Source: a virus
Lineage: Duplodnaviria > Caudoviricetes
Reading direction: 5' to 3' (one strand)
Virus record (IMG/VR): IMGVR_UViG_3300030330_001819
Coordinates: 1 to 25,697 of that record
DNA: 25,697 nt
A model generated the notes under the pieces. It did no database searches, had not been told where the DNA came from, and saw nothing but the letters and a program-made list of their open reading frames with translations. The position numbers and the translations under genes were made by a program. Below are positions 15,548-23,491 of this stretch, one piece after another (position 1 is the first letter of the stretch; each line of letters opens with the position of its first letter).

Positions 15548-15635
15548 CGAGCAAGTGTTTAAGATGCTCGGGGCATCGGTTCGGATCTACTTCGTCCGCG
15601 TATTTACGCAGAGAGTTGATATATACTCTTTTCAT
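15369..15635 (-). CDS. Hypothetical protein, 88 aa (3' part overlaps next gene)
   Basis: ATG just after the terminator; fills the gap, but overlaps the next gene by 179 nt. Confidence 0.4.
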   Translation of the reverse strand: MKRVYINSLRKYADEVDPNRCPEHLKHLLDDTASKRNAEHSISHSDGEDEQREQLHADSADLSGDEQSDSSPAKKPRSRRKKRHSDDS

Positions 15636-15646
15636 AGTGACAATAT

Positions 15647-15673
15647 AAAAAAAGGGGGCGTGTGCCCCCCTTT
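15647..15673 (-). terminator. Intrinsic terminator after tail tube gene
   Basis: GGGGGC-acac-GCCCCC stem followed by T7 on the minus strand. Confidence 0.85.
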
Positions 15674-15694
15674 ATTGAAATTCTGTGATCGGAA

Positions 15695-16291
15695 TTAGCT
15701 TCCGACATTAATTGTGAGAGCTGACTCATCAGCAAGCCCGTCGAAAGGATACTTATCAGTACCCCCACCAGCAGAAGCAGGGAGCCAGATCATCGACTCG
15801 ACTTCACGTCCGGAGAACTCGAGAGTGTATCCGCTCATGTCGGTTCGAGCAGCACCAGTCACGACAGTACCCCCAGTGACATCGAGTCCGTGATCGATAC
15901 CCAAAAGGAACACATTTCCGTTCGAGTCGAGCACGAAGCACTGGCATCGATTCTGCGCCAGGGCGCGAAGCTCTTTGTTATCCTCTTTGCTCAGTTTCTG
16001 GAGCGTGAGAGAGAGCGTCTGCTCGTATGTAGTCGTACCTGTAGCCGCATCGCTGTTCACATTAACAGTGACGCTCGACAAGTCAGGACGCAGATCATAC
16101 TGATATACGTTCACGACTGAGCTCTCTGCGATATCCCAGTTCGCGAAGCCCGCAGTCGTCATCTCGTCGTTCGTAATTGTAGCCCGTCCTCGAATGTCCG
16201 AGCAGTAATCTTTAGTGAAAAAAACCTTGACGATTCCTCCGATCTGATCTTTGCAGTCGACGATTCGTCCGGCTGAGAGAGTGCAAGGCAT
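15695..16291 (-). CDS. Putative major tail tube protein
   Basis: 198 aa, beta-rich (CKDQIGGI...YEQTLSLTL...SGYTLEFSG); follows the capsid gene between two hairpins. Confidence 0.65.
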   Translation of the reverse strand: MPCTLSAGRIVDCKDQIGGIVKVFFTKDYCSDIRGRATITNDEMTTAGFANWDIAESSVVNVYQYDLRPDLSSVTVNVNSDAATGTTTYEQTLSLTLQKLSKEDNKELRALAQNRCQCFVLDSNGNVFLLGIDHGLDVTGGTVVTGAARTDMSGYTLEFSGREVESMIWLPASAGGGTDKYPFDGLADESALTINVGS

Positions 16292-16313
16292 ATCTCGAGT
16301 TTTTATGGGTTAA

Positions 16314-16343
16314 GAGATGGGGGGCACGAAGCCCCCCCTTCTC
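16314..16343 (-). terminator. GC hairpin after capsid gene (weak terminator or mRNA stabiliser)
   Basis: GGGGGGC-ttcgt-GCCCCCC stem with GAGA/TCTC extension and no long U tract. Confidence 0.6.
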
Positions 16344-16351
16344 GTCATTAA

Positions 16352-17353
16352 TTAAGCAGTCCAAGCAGAAGTACCGAGAACACCGTCGGTCGCGACAGCT
16401 ACTTGAACACCAGCAGCGAAGTGCATCACGACGCGGATGTTATCAGAACCGTCGTACTTGTAGGTAGGAATGATCTCGACACGAGTAGTGTCAGTCTGCA
16501 AGTTCGAGCCGAACTTCAAGTTCGATTTGTAGGTAGCGACTACCAGATCATTCGGGATACCTGGGCAAACGTACACTGGATAACCCATGTAAGAGTTAGC
16601 CATTGCAGCGGCTGAGTATCCGAATCCTCCGTTCTGACCTTGACTGGTTCCAGCTCCTGCAAGTGCTTGCATGTAGAAGCCGTAAGTCTGAAGGTTCATG
16701 TAGAAGCCGAAGTCGGGCTTACCAAGAAGGCCCGAGTTATTAGCGACTACGCTATCATATACTGAATTCAATCGAGCAAGCACAGTCGTAGCATCGGTTA
16801 CAGTAGAGCCGAAATCTACTTCTGTAAAGCCGCCCATCAGACCAGCAGTCAACTCAGCGTCAGTGTCAGCAGCTCCGTCGTCAGCGAGGAAGCCGTTACC
16901 AAAGATCGAAGATCCTTTCCAGATGGCATTCTCGAGTGACTCAGCTACTTTCTCCGCTACAGATGCGATAATGAACTCTTCGAACGCGATCGGCATATCA
17001 CCGTTACGCTGCATCGCGTTATTTGCTGCGACGAACGTAGGGAAGATCTCTGCACGACAGATCTCTTGATTCACTTTCAAATCGGTCAGAGTCAGCACTC
17101 GCTCTCCGAGAGTCAGTGCATCAGCATCGCTATCAGCGAAAGCGCAGTTTGAAGCACCACCAGCGACCAGAGGATCAGCAGTGAATGACAGATTTTTAAT
17201 GACGGCTTTGTGATTGAAGCCCTCCATTACATCGACGTAATTCTTCGCCAATGTGTCGCCAGATTTTACAGCAGCCGCGATATAGGGCAGTGCAAGCTCT
17301 CCGGCATAAGTGTCGCCCGATACGTCGAGCTGAAAGTTGTACTTAGTATTCAT
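16352..17353 (-). CDS. Major capsid protein
   Basis: 333 aa directly after the protease-scaffold gene; HK97-like pattern (AEKVAESLENAIWKG, YMGYPVYVCPGIP). Confidence 0.8.
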   Translation of the reverse strand: MNTKYNFQLDVSGDTYAGELALPYIAAAVKSGDTLAKNYVDVMEGFNHKAVIKNLSFTADPLVAGGASNCAFADSDADALTLGERVLTLTDLKVNQEICRAEIFPTFVAANNAMQRNGDMPIAFEEFIIASVAEKVAESLENAIWKGSSIFGNGFLADDGAADTDAELTAGLMGGFTEVDFGSTVTDATTVLARLNSVYDSVVANNSGLLGKPDFGFYMNLQTYGFYMQALAGAGTSQGQNGGFGYSAAAMANSYMGYPVYVCPGIPNDLVVATYKSNLKFGSNLQTDTTRVEIIPTYKYDGSDNIRVVMHFAAGVQVAVATDGVLGTSAWTA

Positions 17354-18538
17354 TTATCGGAAGTTTTGCAGAACGCGCTCTTTAATCGAAAGCTCATCCA
17401 GCGATTTAATTTCTTTTTTTGGTGTTGGTTGATGCGAGAAGTTCGCAGCAGGAGCGTCCTCGATCTTGTCGAGACGTGATGACATCTTCTCGATGACATC
17501 TGTGATCTGCTTCAGCGCAGAGCTCATCTCCTCCTTCTTCTCGTCTTTTTCTTCTTCGAGAGCTTCTACGACTTCGACAGCTTCTTCAGCTTGCTTCTCA
17601 GCTTCTTTCGCTTCTTCAGCTTTGATCTCAGCGATGCACTCTTTCACGATCGCTTTGATCTTCTCGTATGACTCCTCGTCCATCAGCTCTTCTTTCTCCT
17701 CTTTCTCTTCTTCTTTCTTCTCTTCAGCGAGCTCTTCTTTCGGCTCTTCTGGAGCTTCTTCTTTGCCGATCTGCTCGAGAATTGATCCTTCGCCAACGCG
17801 GATCACAGTCCCGTTCTGCAAAGTGTGCTCTCCAGTCGGTGCATCCTGTGGATTCCCTTCTTCGTCGAGAACTTGAACTTTCACGCCTACTTCGAAGCTA
17901 TCCGCTTCAGTGACGATCTTTGTGCCATCTTGCAGAGTGTCTTCTGCAAACAGCTCGACTCGCTTCTGTAGCGAGCGGATTGTTTCGAAAATGTGTTTCA
18001 TTTCTGATTTATTATCTGTCGATCTTTCGACGAGTTTATCTACGAAGTATCCTTCCACGGATAGCCCGCGCATTTTGCCATCTTTGATCCCTTTCCAGAG
18101 CTTTTCATCGTCGACTTTCATAGCGACCATCCAAGTACCAGCAGGGAAGTTAAATCCGTAAAGCTGCTGCTTATCCTTCTTCGGATCTTCGACCAGCCAT
18201 GACTCATAGAGATAAACATCATCAGTCGATGTCTCGTGCTCTACAGTCGCAGCGTTCGTCTTTGATTGACGCATGAAGAGATGCGCGGCTTTCTGGACAG
18301 TTTCTGGAGTAAAGAACACTTCGTATCCTTCCCCCTCCATCGACTCGCGATAGATCTTTTTATTCGGGATCAAAGCAGGGCCTACGATCATCTGACGCTC
18401 TTCGTCTACTTGCGCGAGCTCGTACTGCTTGCTGAAGTAAACGAAGTTCTCCTCGATCGCGGGATACTTCACGAGAGAGATCGCTTCAACACCGAAGTTG
18501 AGCTCTTCCTCGTCGATTAATAATTCTCGAAGCTCCAT
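17354..18538 (-). CDS. Prohead serine protease (XkdF-like) fused to acidic scaffold
   Basis: N-terminal IVGPALIPNK, EHE, ESW, GTW and GLSVEG motifs; C-terminal E/K-rich coiled coil. Confidence 0.8.
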   Translation of the reverse strand: MELRELLIDEEELNFGVEAISLVKYPAIEENFVYFSKQYELAQVDEERQMIVGPALIPNKKIYRESMEGEGYEVFFTPETVQKAAHLFMRQSKTNAATVEHETSTDDVYLYESWLVEDPKKDKQQLYGFNFPAGTWMVAMKVDDEKLWKGIKDGKMRGLSVEGYFVDKLVERSTDNKSEMKHIFETIRSLQKRVELFAEDTLQDGTKIVTEADSFEVGVKVQVLDEEGNPQDAPTGEHTLQNGTVIRVGEGSILEQIGKEEAPEEPKEELAEEKKEEEKEEKEELMDEESYEKIKAIVKECIAEIKAEEAKEAEKQAEEAVEVVEALEEEKDEKKEEMSSALKQITDVIEKMSSRLDKIEDAPAANFSHQPTPKKEIKSLDELSIKERVLQNFR

Positions 18539-18585
18539 CAGTTACAAATAGATGAACGTCTCTCTGTTTGTTGGCGTTCGGAAAA

Positions 18586-20304
18586 TCAAAGAGATGACCG
18601 AAGTCGAAGTTCCTCGTTCAGTGCTTGAGTGCTCGTAACATCGCTCTCTATGACGTATGCTTGAAGCGGCTCGACTTCTGCTCCTGCTCCTGTCGGGATT
18701 CCCCCTGGAGCGGGGAGCTCTCCCCCTCCGTCGGGAACGATCGCACTCGTGAAAGATGATGACGCTCCCGCTGTCGCTGCTCCTCCTCCCGAAGCTCCTC
18801 CCCCTTGAAGGATTGCTTTTGCTTGTGATGCTGCTCCGAGTACGGCTGCGATCTGCTGCGCGTAAAAAATCGGGAACGCTAAAGGAGCCGCGCCCCCATA
18901 TGGACTCGCTGATTTTTGAGCTATCACGAGCCCGTTCATAAATCCTTCAGCCGTCTTCGCTGCGATCTCTGCGATCGCTAATACTTTGGCAGCGTCGCTG
19001 TTCTCTTTCATCAGCCCTCCAAGAGCTCCGAGTCCAGATCCGACAGCCCCCACCATTTGCGCGTATGCTTCGGTGATGTCTTGAGCTGATTCAATCTCGT
19101 CTTTTGTGCGAGTACGTCGACGCATTCTGCGATTCATCTCGAACTTCTCTTCGATCTCCTCTCGCTCCTCTTCGAACTCTTCGAACTCCTCGAGCTCTCC
19201 GTCGTATGCTTCCTGGCGAAGTTTGGCTTCCGCTTCAAGTTCTGCTTTGATCTCGTCGAGAATCGTCTGCTGATTTTCCTGCTGACGCTTCAGAGCATCT
19301 TGCTCGATATCAAACTGCTGCTTCGCGGCTTCTTTAGCTCGTGCCCGCTGACGCAGAGTAAATCCAGCAAGAGTGTTTTCCATGTCGAGAATCTTCTGCT
19401 CTTGCTCAGATATCATGCCGTCCATCTCTTTCGCTACTTGCTCGGGGGTAGTGACCAGCATCGAAGTAATAGCGTCGTCGACATTCTCTACCTGAGCCCG
19501 CACAGAGGCAGCGTATTCGGGAGAAACAAATTCCGCCAGACTTGCGATCATGAGAGCAATTCCTTTCACTGGAGCAGTAAAGAACTTGACAAAGCCCTTC
19601 ACAAAATCGAAGGTTTCCTCCTGTTCCTTGATCCGCTGCTCTTTGCTGATTCTCAGAGTCTCGATGAGCTCCCTTCGCTGCTGTAATTGCATGCGGAGTT
19701 GATCCATCTGAATCTGTAGAATCTGATCTTCTGTCTTTCCTGCAAGTTTCAGCGTGTTGGTTCGGTTGATCGCTGCCGTTTCCGCTTGCTGGCGAAGATC
19801 GAGCTGAGTTTTCAGATTTTCAATCTGCTCCTCTGCATCCATTCCCGCGATCTCGTTCCCTTCGCGGATGTTCTCATTCATCTCTTCGAGAGATGCACTC
19901 GCGTTGTACGTCGCTTTCTCAAACTCTTTCTGCTTGCTTATACTCTCAGCAAGGAACGAAACGAGCTCTCCGATCGCTACGACCAGAAGCCCGATCCCCG
20001 TCGACATGATAGCTCCTTTGATGCCCTTCAGAGCTCCTTTGAATCCTTTCGCTCCGGTTGTAGCTCCCTTGAAAGATGAGATCAGCCCCTCGATTTCTTG
20101 TCCCGAGGATTGAAGAGCTCCGATACCCGAATCAACTCCGATCAGTGAAAAAGCCTTATCGAAGTCTTTCGCTTGAAGTCCGGCTTTTTTACTCTTGTCT
20201 TTTACTTGATCGAGCTTCTTTTGAAGCTCGTCCATCCGTTTAACTGTCTCAGCACCTTCAACGAGTTGAACGTCGATGAGCAGCTTTGCGCTTTCCTCTG
20301 CCAT
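18586..20304 (-). CDS. Tape measure protein
   Basis: 572 aa, helical coiled coil, AIMSTGIGLLVVAIG hydrophobic segment, C-terminal QAYVIESDVTSTQ. Confidence 0.8.
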   Translation of the reverse strand: MAEESAKLLIDVQLVEGAETVKRMDELQKKLDQVKDKSKKAGLQAKDFDKAFSLIGVDSGIGALQSSGQEIEGLISSFKGATTGAKGFKGALKGIKGAIMSTGIGLLVVAIGELVSFLAESISKQKEFEKATYNASASLEEMNENIREGNEIAGMDAEEQIENLKTQLDLRQQAETAAINRTNTLKLAGKTEDQILQIQMDQLRMQLQQRRELIETLRISKEQRIKEQEETFDFVKGFVKFFTAPVKGIALMIASLAEFVSPEYAASVRAQVENVDDAITSMLVTTPEQVAKEMDGMISEQEQKILDMENTLAGFTLRQRARAKEAAKQQFDIEQDALKRQQENQQTILDEIKAELEAEAKLRQEAYDGELEEFEEFEEEREEIEEKFEMNRRMRRRTRTKDEIESAQDITEAYAQMVGAVGSGLGALGGLMKENSDAAKVLAIAEIAAKTAEGFMNGLVIAQKSASPYGGAAPLAFPIFYAQQIAAVLGAASQAKAILQGGGASGGGAATAGASSSFTSAIVPDGGGELPAPGGIPTGAGAEVEPLQAYVIESDVTSTQALNEELRLRSSL

Positions 20305-20473
20305 TTTTCAGAGCGAGTTTGAATTTCTTTATCGGGCCAGTTCTGAGATCATACATCCCGTATGCCATACGAAAGAGCGGATCTCCCTTGTGCTCTGTCG
20401 CTTGTACGATTCGTATGATCTCCGGGATCAGCGATCCTACATAATCAATAGAGTTCGGCTTTTTCTTGCTCAT
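20258..20473 (-). CDS. Hypothetical protein upstream of tape measure, 71 aa
   Basis: ATG with A-rich leader; fills the gap. Confidence 0.6.
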   Translation of the reverse strand: MSKKKPNSIDYVGSLIPEIIRIVQATEHKGDPLFRMAYGMYDLRTGPIKKFKLALKNGRGKRKAAHRRSTR

Positions 20474-20491
20474 TTGAGTTATATTGCGGGC

Positions 20492-20562
20492 ATAATCAGA
20501 CTCTGTTTTCGTTTGATTGATTTTGGTACGCCCTCGGGGAGAAGTCCTCGGGGGCTTGTTTT
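20492..20562 (+). ncRNA. Candidate plus-strand small RNA
   Basis: Two hairpins (20493-20519 and 20530-20555) with four G-U pairs valid only on the plus strand, followed by UUGUUUU. Confidence 0.5.
20530..20562 (+). terminator. Plus-strand intrinsic terminator
   Basis: GCCCTCGGGGA-gaag-TCCTCGGGGGC, an 11-bp stem with 2 G-U pairs, followed by TTGTTTT. Confidence 0.7.
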
Positions 20563-23491
20563 ATCCGGGAATGACGTGATCTGCGTTCTGAAAAACGAGA
20601 TCATCTCCGGCTTCAGTGAGCATAGTGTCGGCTGATGTCGTGGCGAAAGTCAGATCCTGGTACGTCGCGATGACTTCCATGAAGAAGGCACATCGAGCGT
20701 ATGTCTCTCCCGTACATGTGAGCACGAGACGAGTTCCGCTGATGCTTGCAGCGACACTCCGATTCCCTGTAGCACTCGAGTCAGTGATTCGCGCGTCTGC
20801 TATCTCTTGAAGTGTGACGCGAGCTGTGCCGTCGACGTTTGACGCTGTGAAGCTGTACTCGATGAAGTCTGCGCTTCCTATCGCTCCCGAGCTTCCGTCA
20901 TAAGTAGTCTGAACAGTGTTTACCAAGATTCGCCCTTGAACAAGCGTATTTATCGGAATCTGTATATCTCCTCCTGACTCTCCGTCTGATGTCGCTTCAC
21001 CTGTGCGATTCTCATTCACCAAAGCGTACAAGCTCGAGCGATACACTCCCGCGTTCTCTTGCCCGAAGTCGTATGTCCTGACATCGCTGTTCTCGATGAT
21101 TGGCATCCGCGTTTGACGACGATCGATCCCCGTATTGAGCCCCTGTCCTCCCGTTCGAGGAGTTCTCCAGAAGCATTTGGTCGATGTCGGATCATAGATC
21201 CCCCCCGCATCTTCACAGCATGCTTCGCCCGGAGTGAAGGTAGTTGAGCCAGTATCAGGATCGACGAAGCGAATAGTTCCGTCAAGAGCATATACGTCAG
21301 GAATCAAGCCGCATCGAGCGACATACTGCCCAGTACCTTGATCTTTTATCAGCTTACACTGTGTCGTGCCGTCGCTGTTTACAGTGTATCCCTTGATCTC
21401 GAGTAGTCGATAGTGAGTCCCGCGCACATTTATCAGATCGTTAAAGCGCAAGTTCAAGATGTCAGTCGGCTTCAAGTAGAATCGCGCTTGAAGAATCCGA
21501 GCGTCGGGATGATATATCTGATTCAAAAAGCGCGACCAGTATGCGCGAACGAGATTCTGATTGACGTACTCCTCTCCGATCGGGGGCGTTCCGTATCCGG
21601 AAGGATATTGATACTCCCAGTATATCGACTGAGTGGTGCTCGAATTTGGAGATGTGTCAAATCCCGAACAAAGCGGATACTGCGTGAAGCTCTCGCTCTC
21701 GATGTACAGAGTCGCTCCGACATCCTTCATGCCGTTATGATAGAAGAGAAAGGGCTGATCCGCGATCGGTTCGTGCTTTCCGTCTTCGTTTATCTTGTAG
21801 AGATGAGCAGTGACGAAGTTCGGAACGATCGTATTATCTCCTTCTCCCGTCGTGACTGCGTGAACGTGAACGGGCTTAAATTTGCTCTCCCATTTCTGTT
21901 CGCCCTGTGCGAAGTCATCCTCGACGATCTCTCTGTATCTCCCGTACACATATCCGTTCGCATCCTGTCGGAAAGTGTTTGACTCGTCCTTTCCTTCTGC
22001 GTCGGTGTAGATGATAGTCTTCTTTCGGAGCTCGTTCGTAGGAGAGAGAGTGATCTCTTTTGATAGGTCGAGTTTCCCTGTCCAGTCGATTTCTGATCCC
22101 GAATCAAGCCAGTCTGCATGAGGCTCGATAACTAAGTGACGCTCATTGTCTGGAGAGCTCTCGAGTACCAGGTTAAACCTGTTCACGATTTCCTTCAGAA
22201 ACTCCGCTTCGGTCATATCCGGCATCTGAGAAGGAACGTGAATCTGTATGTCGCCCCCGTTATTATCGTACTCGACAAGACGAAAGTGCGTGTCATAAGT
22301 ATTCGAGTCGATTGTTCCATTTTGAGCGACGCTGATACTTCCCCCCGTCAAATTTTGAACGAGAACTTGAACACTTACACTCTCTCCAGCTTGCAGAAGA
22401 AACGTCGCTTGATAAGGGCTCCAGTAAAAGACGATCTGATTAGTCGCAAAAAAAGAGAAGGGAGTGACGTGCTGATATGTGCTGCTATATATCCGGATCG
22501 CTACTTGTGCAGTCACTCCCGAGTTCGGTCGCGTGACATAGATGTTCCCCCCGAAGCGAGCAGTCATATTTTGAGGAGCCGTAAACGTGAAAAGCGATGT
22601 GCTCCAGAGCCCGTCGGGATCGTAGAAGTCAGATCCTGTGTCTGTGTCGAGTTCGATTGTGTGAGCCCCGTCTGAAGAGATTGTTTGATCTGCACTCAGT
22701 CCAGCGCGAAAACCGAAGAACGGACGCGCGTCAAGCTCAGGAGTATTTGTCCCGAGCTGCATGTATAGCCTCGCGAATCGTGCGCTGCTGAGGAAGTTGC
22801 TCGTGTATGTGTATCCATGTTTTTTGAAGATCAGATTCCATATCTCGAGCACCTTCATCGCTGGCTTGAAGCGAGACGGAAAAACACGATCCTCAACGTA
22901 CAAATTATCGAAAGCGTTCGTCGAGTCGCTGACGTGCAGCTTTTCTATCGCCCCCTTTCGGCCATGATCGAACAGGGGGATCACGATCGTACCAGCTCCG
23001 ACAGTTCCTGACGTGATATCGTTCGCAGTATTGAAGCTGCTGATGACGTTCGCTGCTGTTTGGGAGTAATCGTAATCCGTCGAAACGCTTCCGTCAGTGA
23101 CAAAGATTGACTTCAGATCCTCGCTCTCTGACTCTTGGAAAAGGTTCGCTGCGTCGCTGTACACTGCGACACTGTAGATACCATTCTGAACCGATACGCT
23201 GCGAAGCTGGAGATAGCCAGCCATGACGAGAACGCCCTCATCGAGTATGTGACAGCGTGTCTTTTTCGAACTGTCGAATGTCGCTGCGCTGAGATTTGCG
23301 TCGTAGAAGTGCTCGAAGAACTTGTTATTTCGCTCACTCGTCGGAAGTTTGAACGTCTGACTGAACGGGCTGTTTCGAGTCAGTACGTCGCCCGCGTTCG
23401 TGTAGCTGTAATTCAACTGAACACTTTCTCGATCTTTGGTGTCGAGCTGTACGACTTCGGACTCATCCTGGGTATATGCGAGAAGTATCAT
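20561..23491 (-). CDS. Tail tip/baseplate hub-like protein, 976 aa
   Basis: Large beta-rich protein with FSQTFKLP...NNKFF near the N-terminus, an inserted beta-sandwich-like region and a Cys cluster; lies between distal-tail-like and tape measure genes. Confidence 0.65.
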   Translation of the reverse strand: MILLAYTQDESEVVQLDTKDRESVQLNYSYTNAGDVLTRNSPFSQTFKLPTSERNNKFFEHFYDANLSAATFDSSKKTRCHILDEGVLVMAGYLQLRSVSVQNGIYSVAVYSDAANLFQESESEDLKSIFVTDGSVSTDYDYSQTAANVISSFNTANDITSGTVGAGTIVIPLFDHGRKGAIEKLHVSDSTNAFDNLYVEDRVFPSRFKPAMKVLEIWNLIFKKHGYTYTSNFLSSARFARLYMQLGTNTPELDARPFFGFRAGLSADQTISSDGAHTIELDTDTGSDFYDPDGLWSTSLFTFTAPQNMTARFGGNIYVTRPNSGVTAQVAIRIYSSTYQHVTPFSFFATNQIVFYWSPYQATFLLQAGESVSVQVLVQNLTGGSISVAQNGTIDSNTYDTHFRLVEYDNNGGDIQIHVPSQMPDMTEAEFLKEIVNRFNLVLESSPDNERHLVIEPHADWLDSGSEIDWTGKLDLSKEITLSPTNELRKKTIIYTDAEGKDESNTFRQDANGYVYGRYREIVEDDFAQGEQKWESKFKPVHVHAVTTGEGDNTIVPNFVTAHLYKINEDGKHEPIADQPFLFYHNGMKDVGATLYIESESFTQYPLCSGFDTSPNSSTTQSIYWEYQYPSGYGTPPIGEEYVNQNLVRAYWSRFLNQIYHPDARILQARFYLKPTDILNLRFNDLINVRGTHYRLLEIKGYTVNSDGTTQCKLIKDQGTGQYVARCGLIPDVYALDGTIRFVDPDTGSTTFTPGEACCEDAGGIYDPTSTKCFWRTPRTGGQGLNTGIDRRQTRMPIIENSDVRTYDFGQENAGVYRSSLYALVNENRTGEATSDGESGGDIQIPINTLVQGRILVNTVQTTYDGSSGAIGSADFIEYSFTASNVDGTARVTLQEIADARITDSSATGNRSVAASISGTRLVLTCTGETYARCAFFMEVIATYQDLTFATTSADTMLTEAGDDLVFQNADHVIPG

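Noticed and set aside
17530-17765. TTC/TCT-rich low-complexity tract
   Set aside because: It encodes the E/K-rich scaffold coil and is not an independent repeat element.
19138-19200. Short TCGAACTC repeats in the tape measure gene
   Set aside because: Explained by the low-complexity EEFEEFEE peptide.
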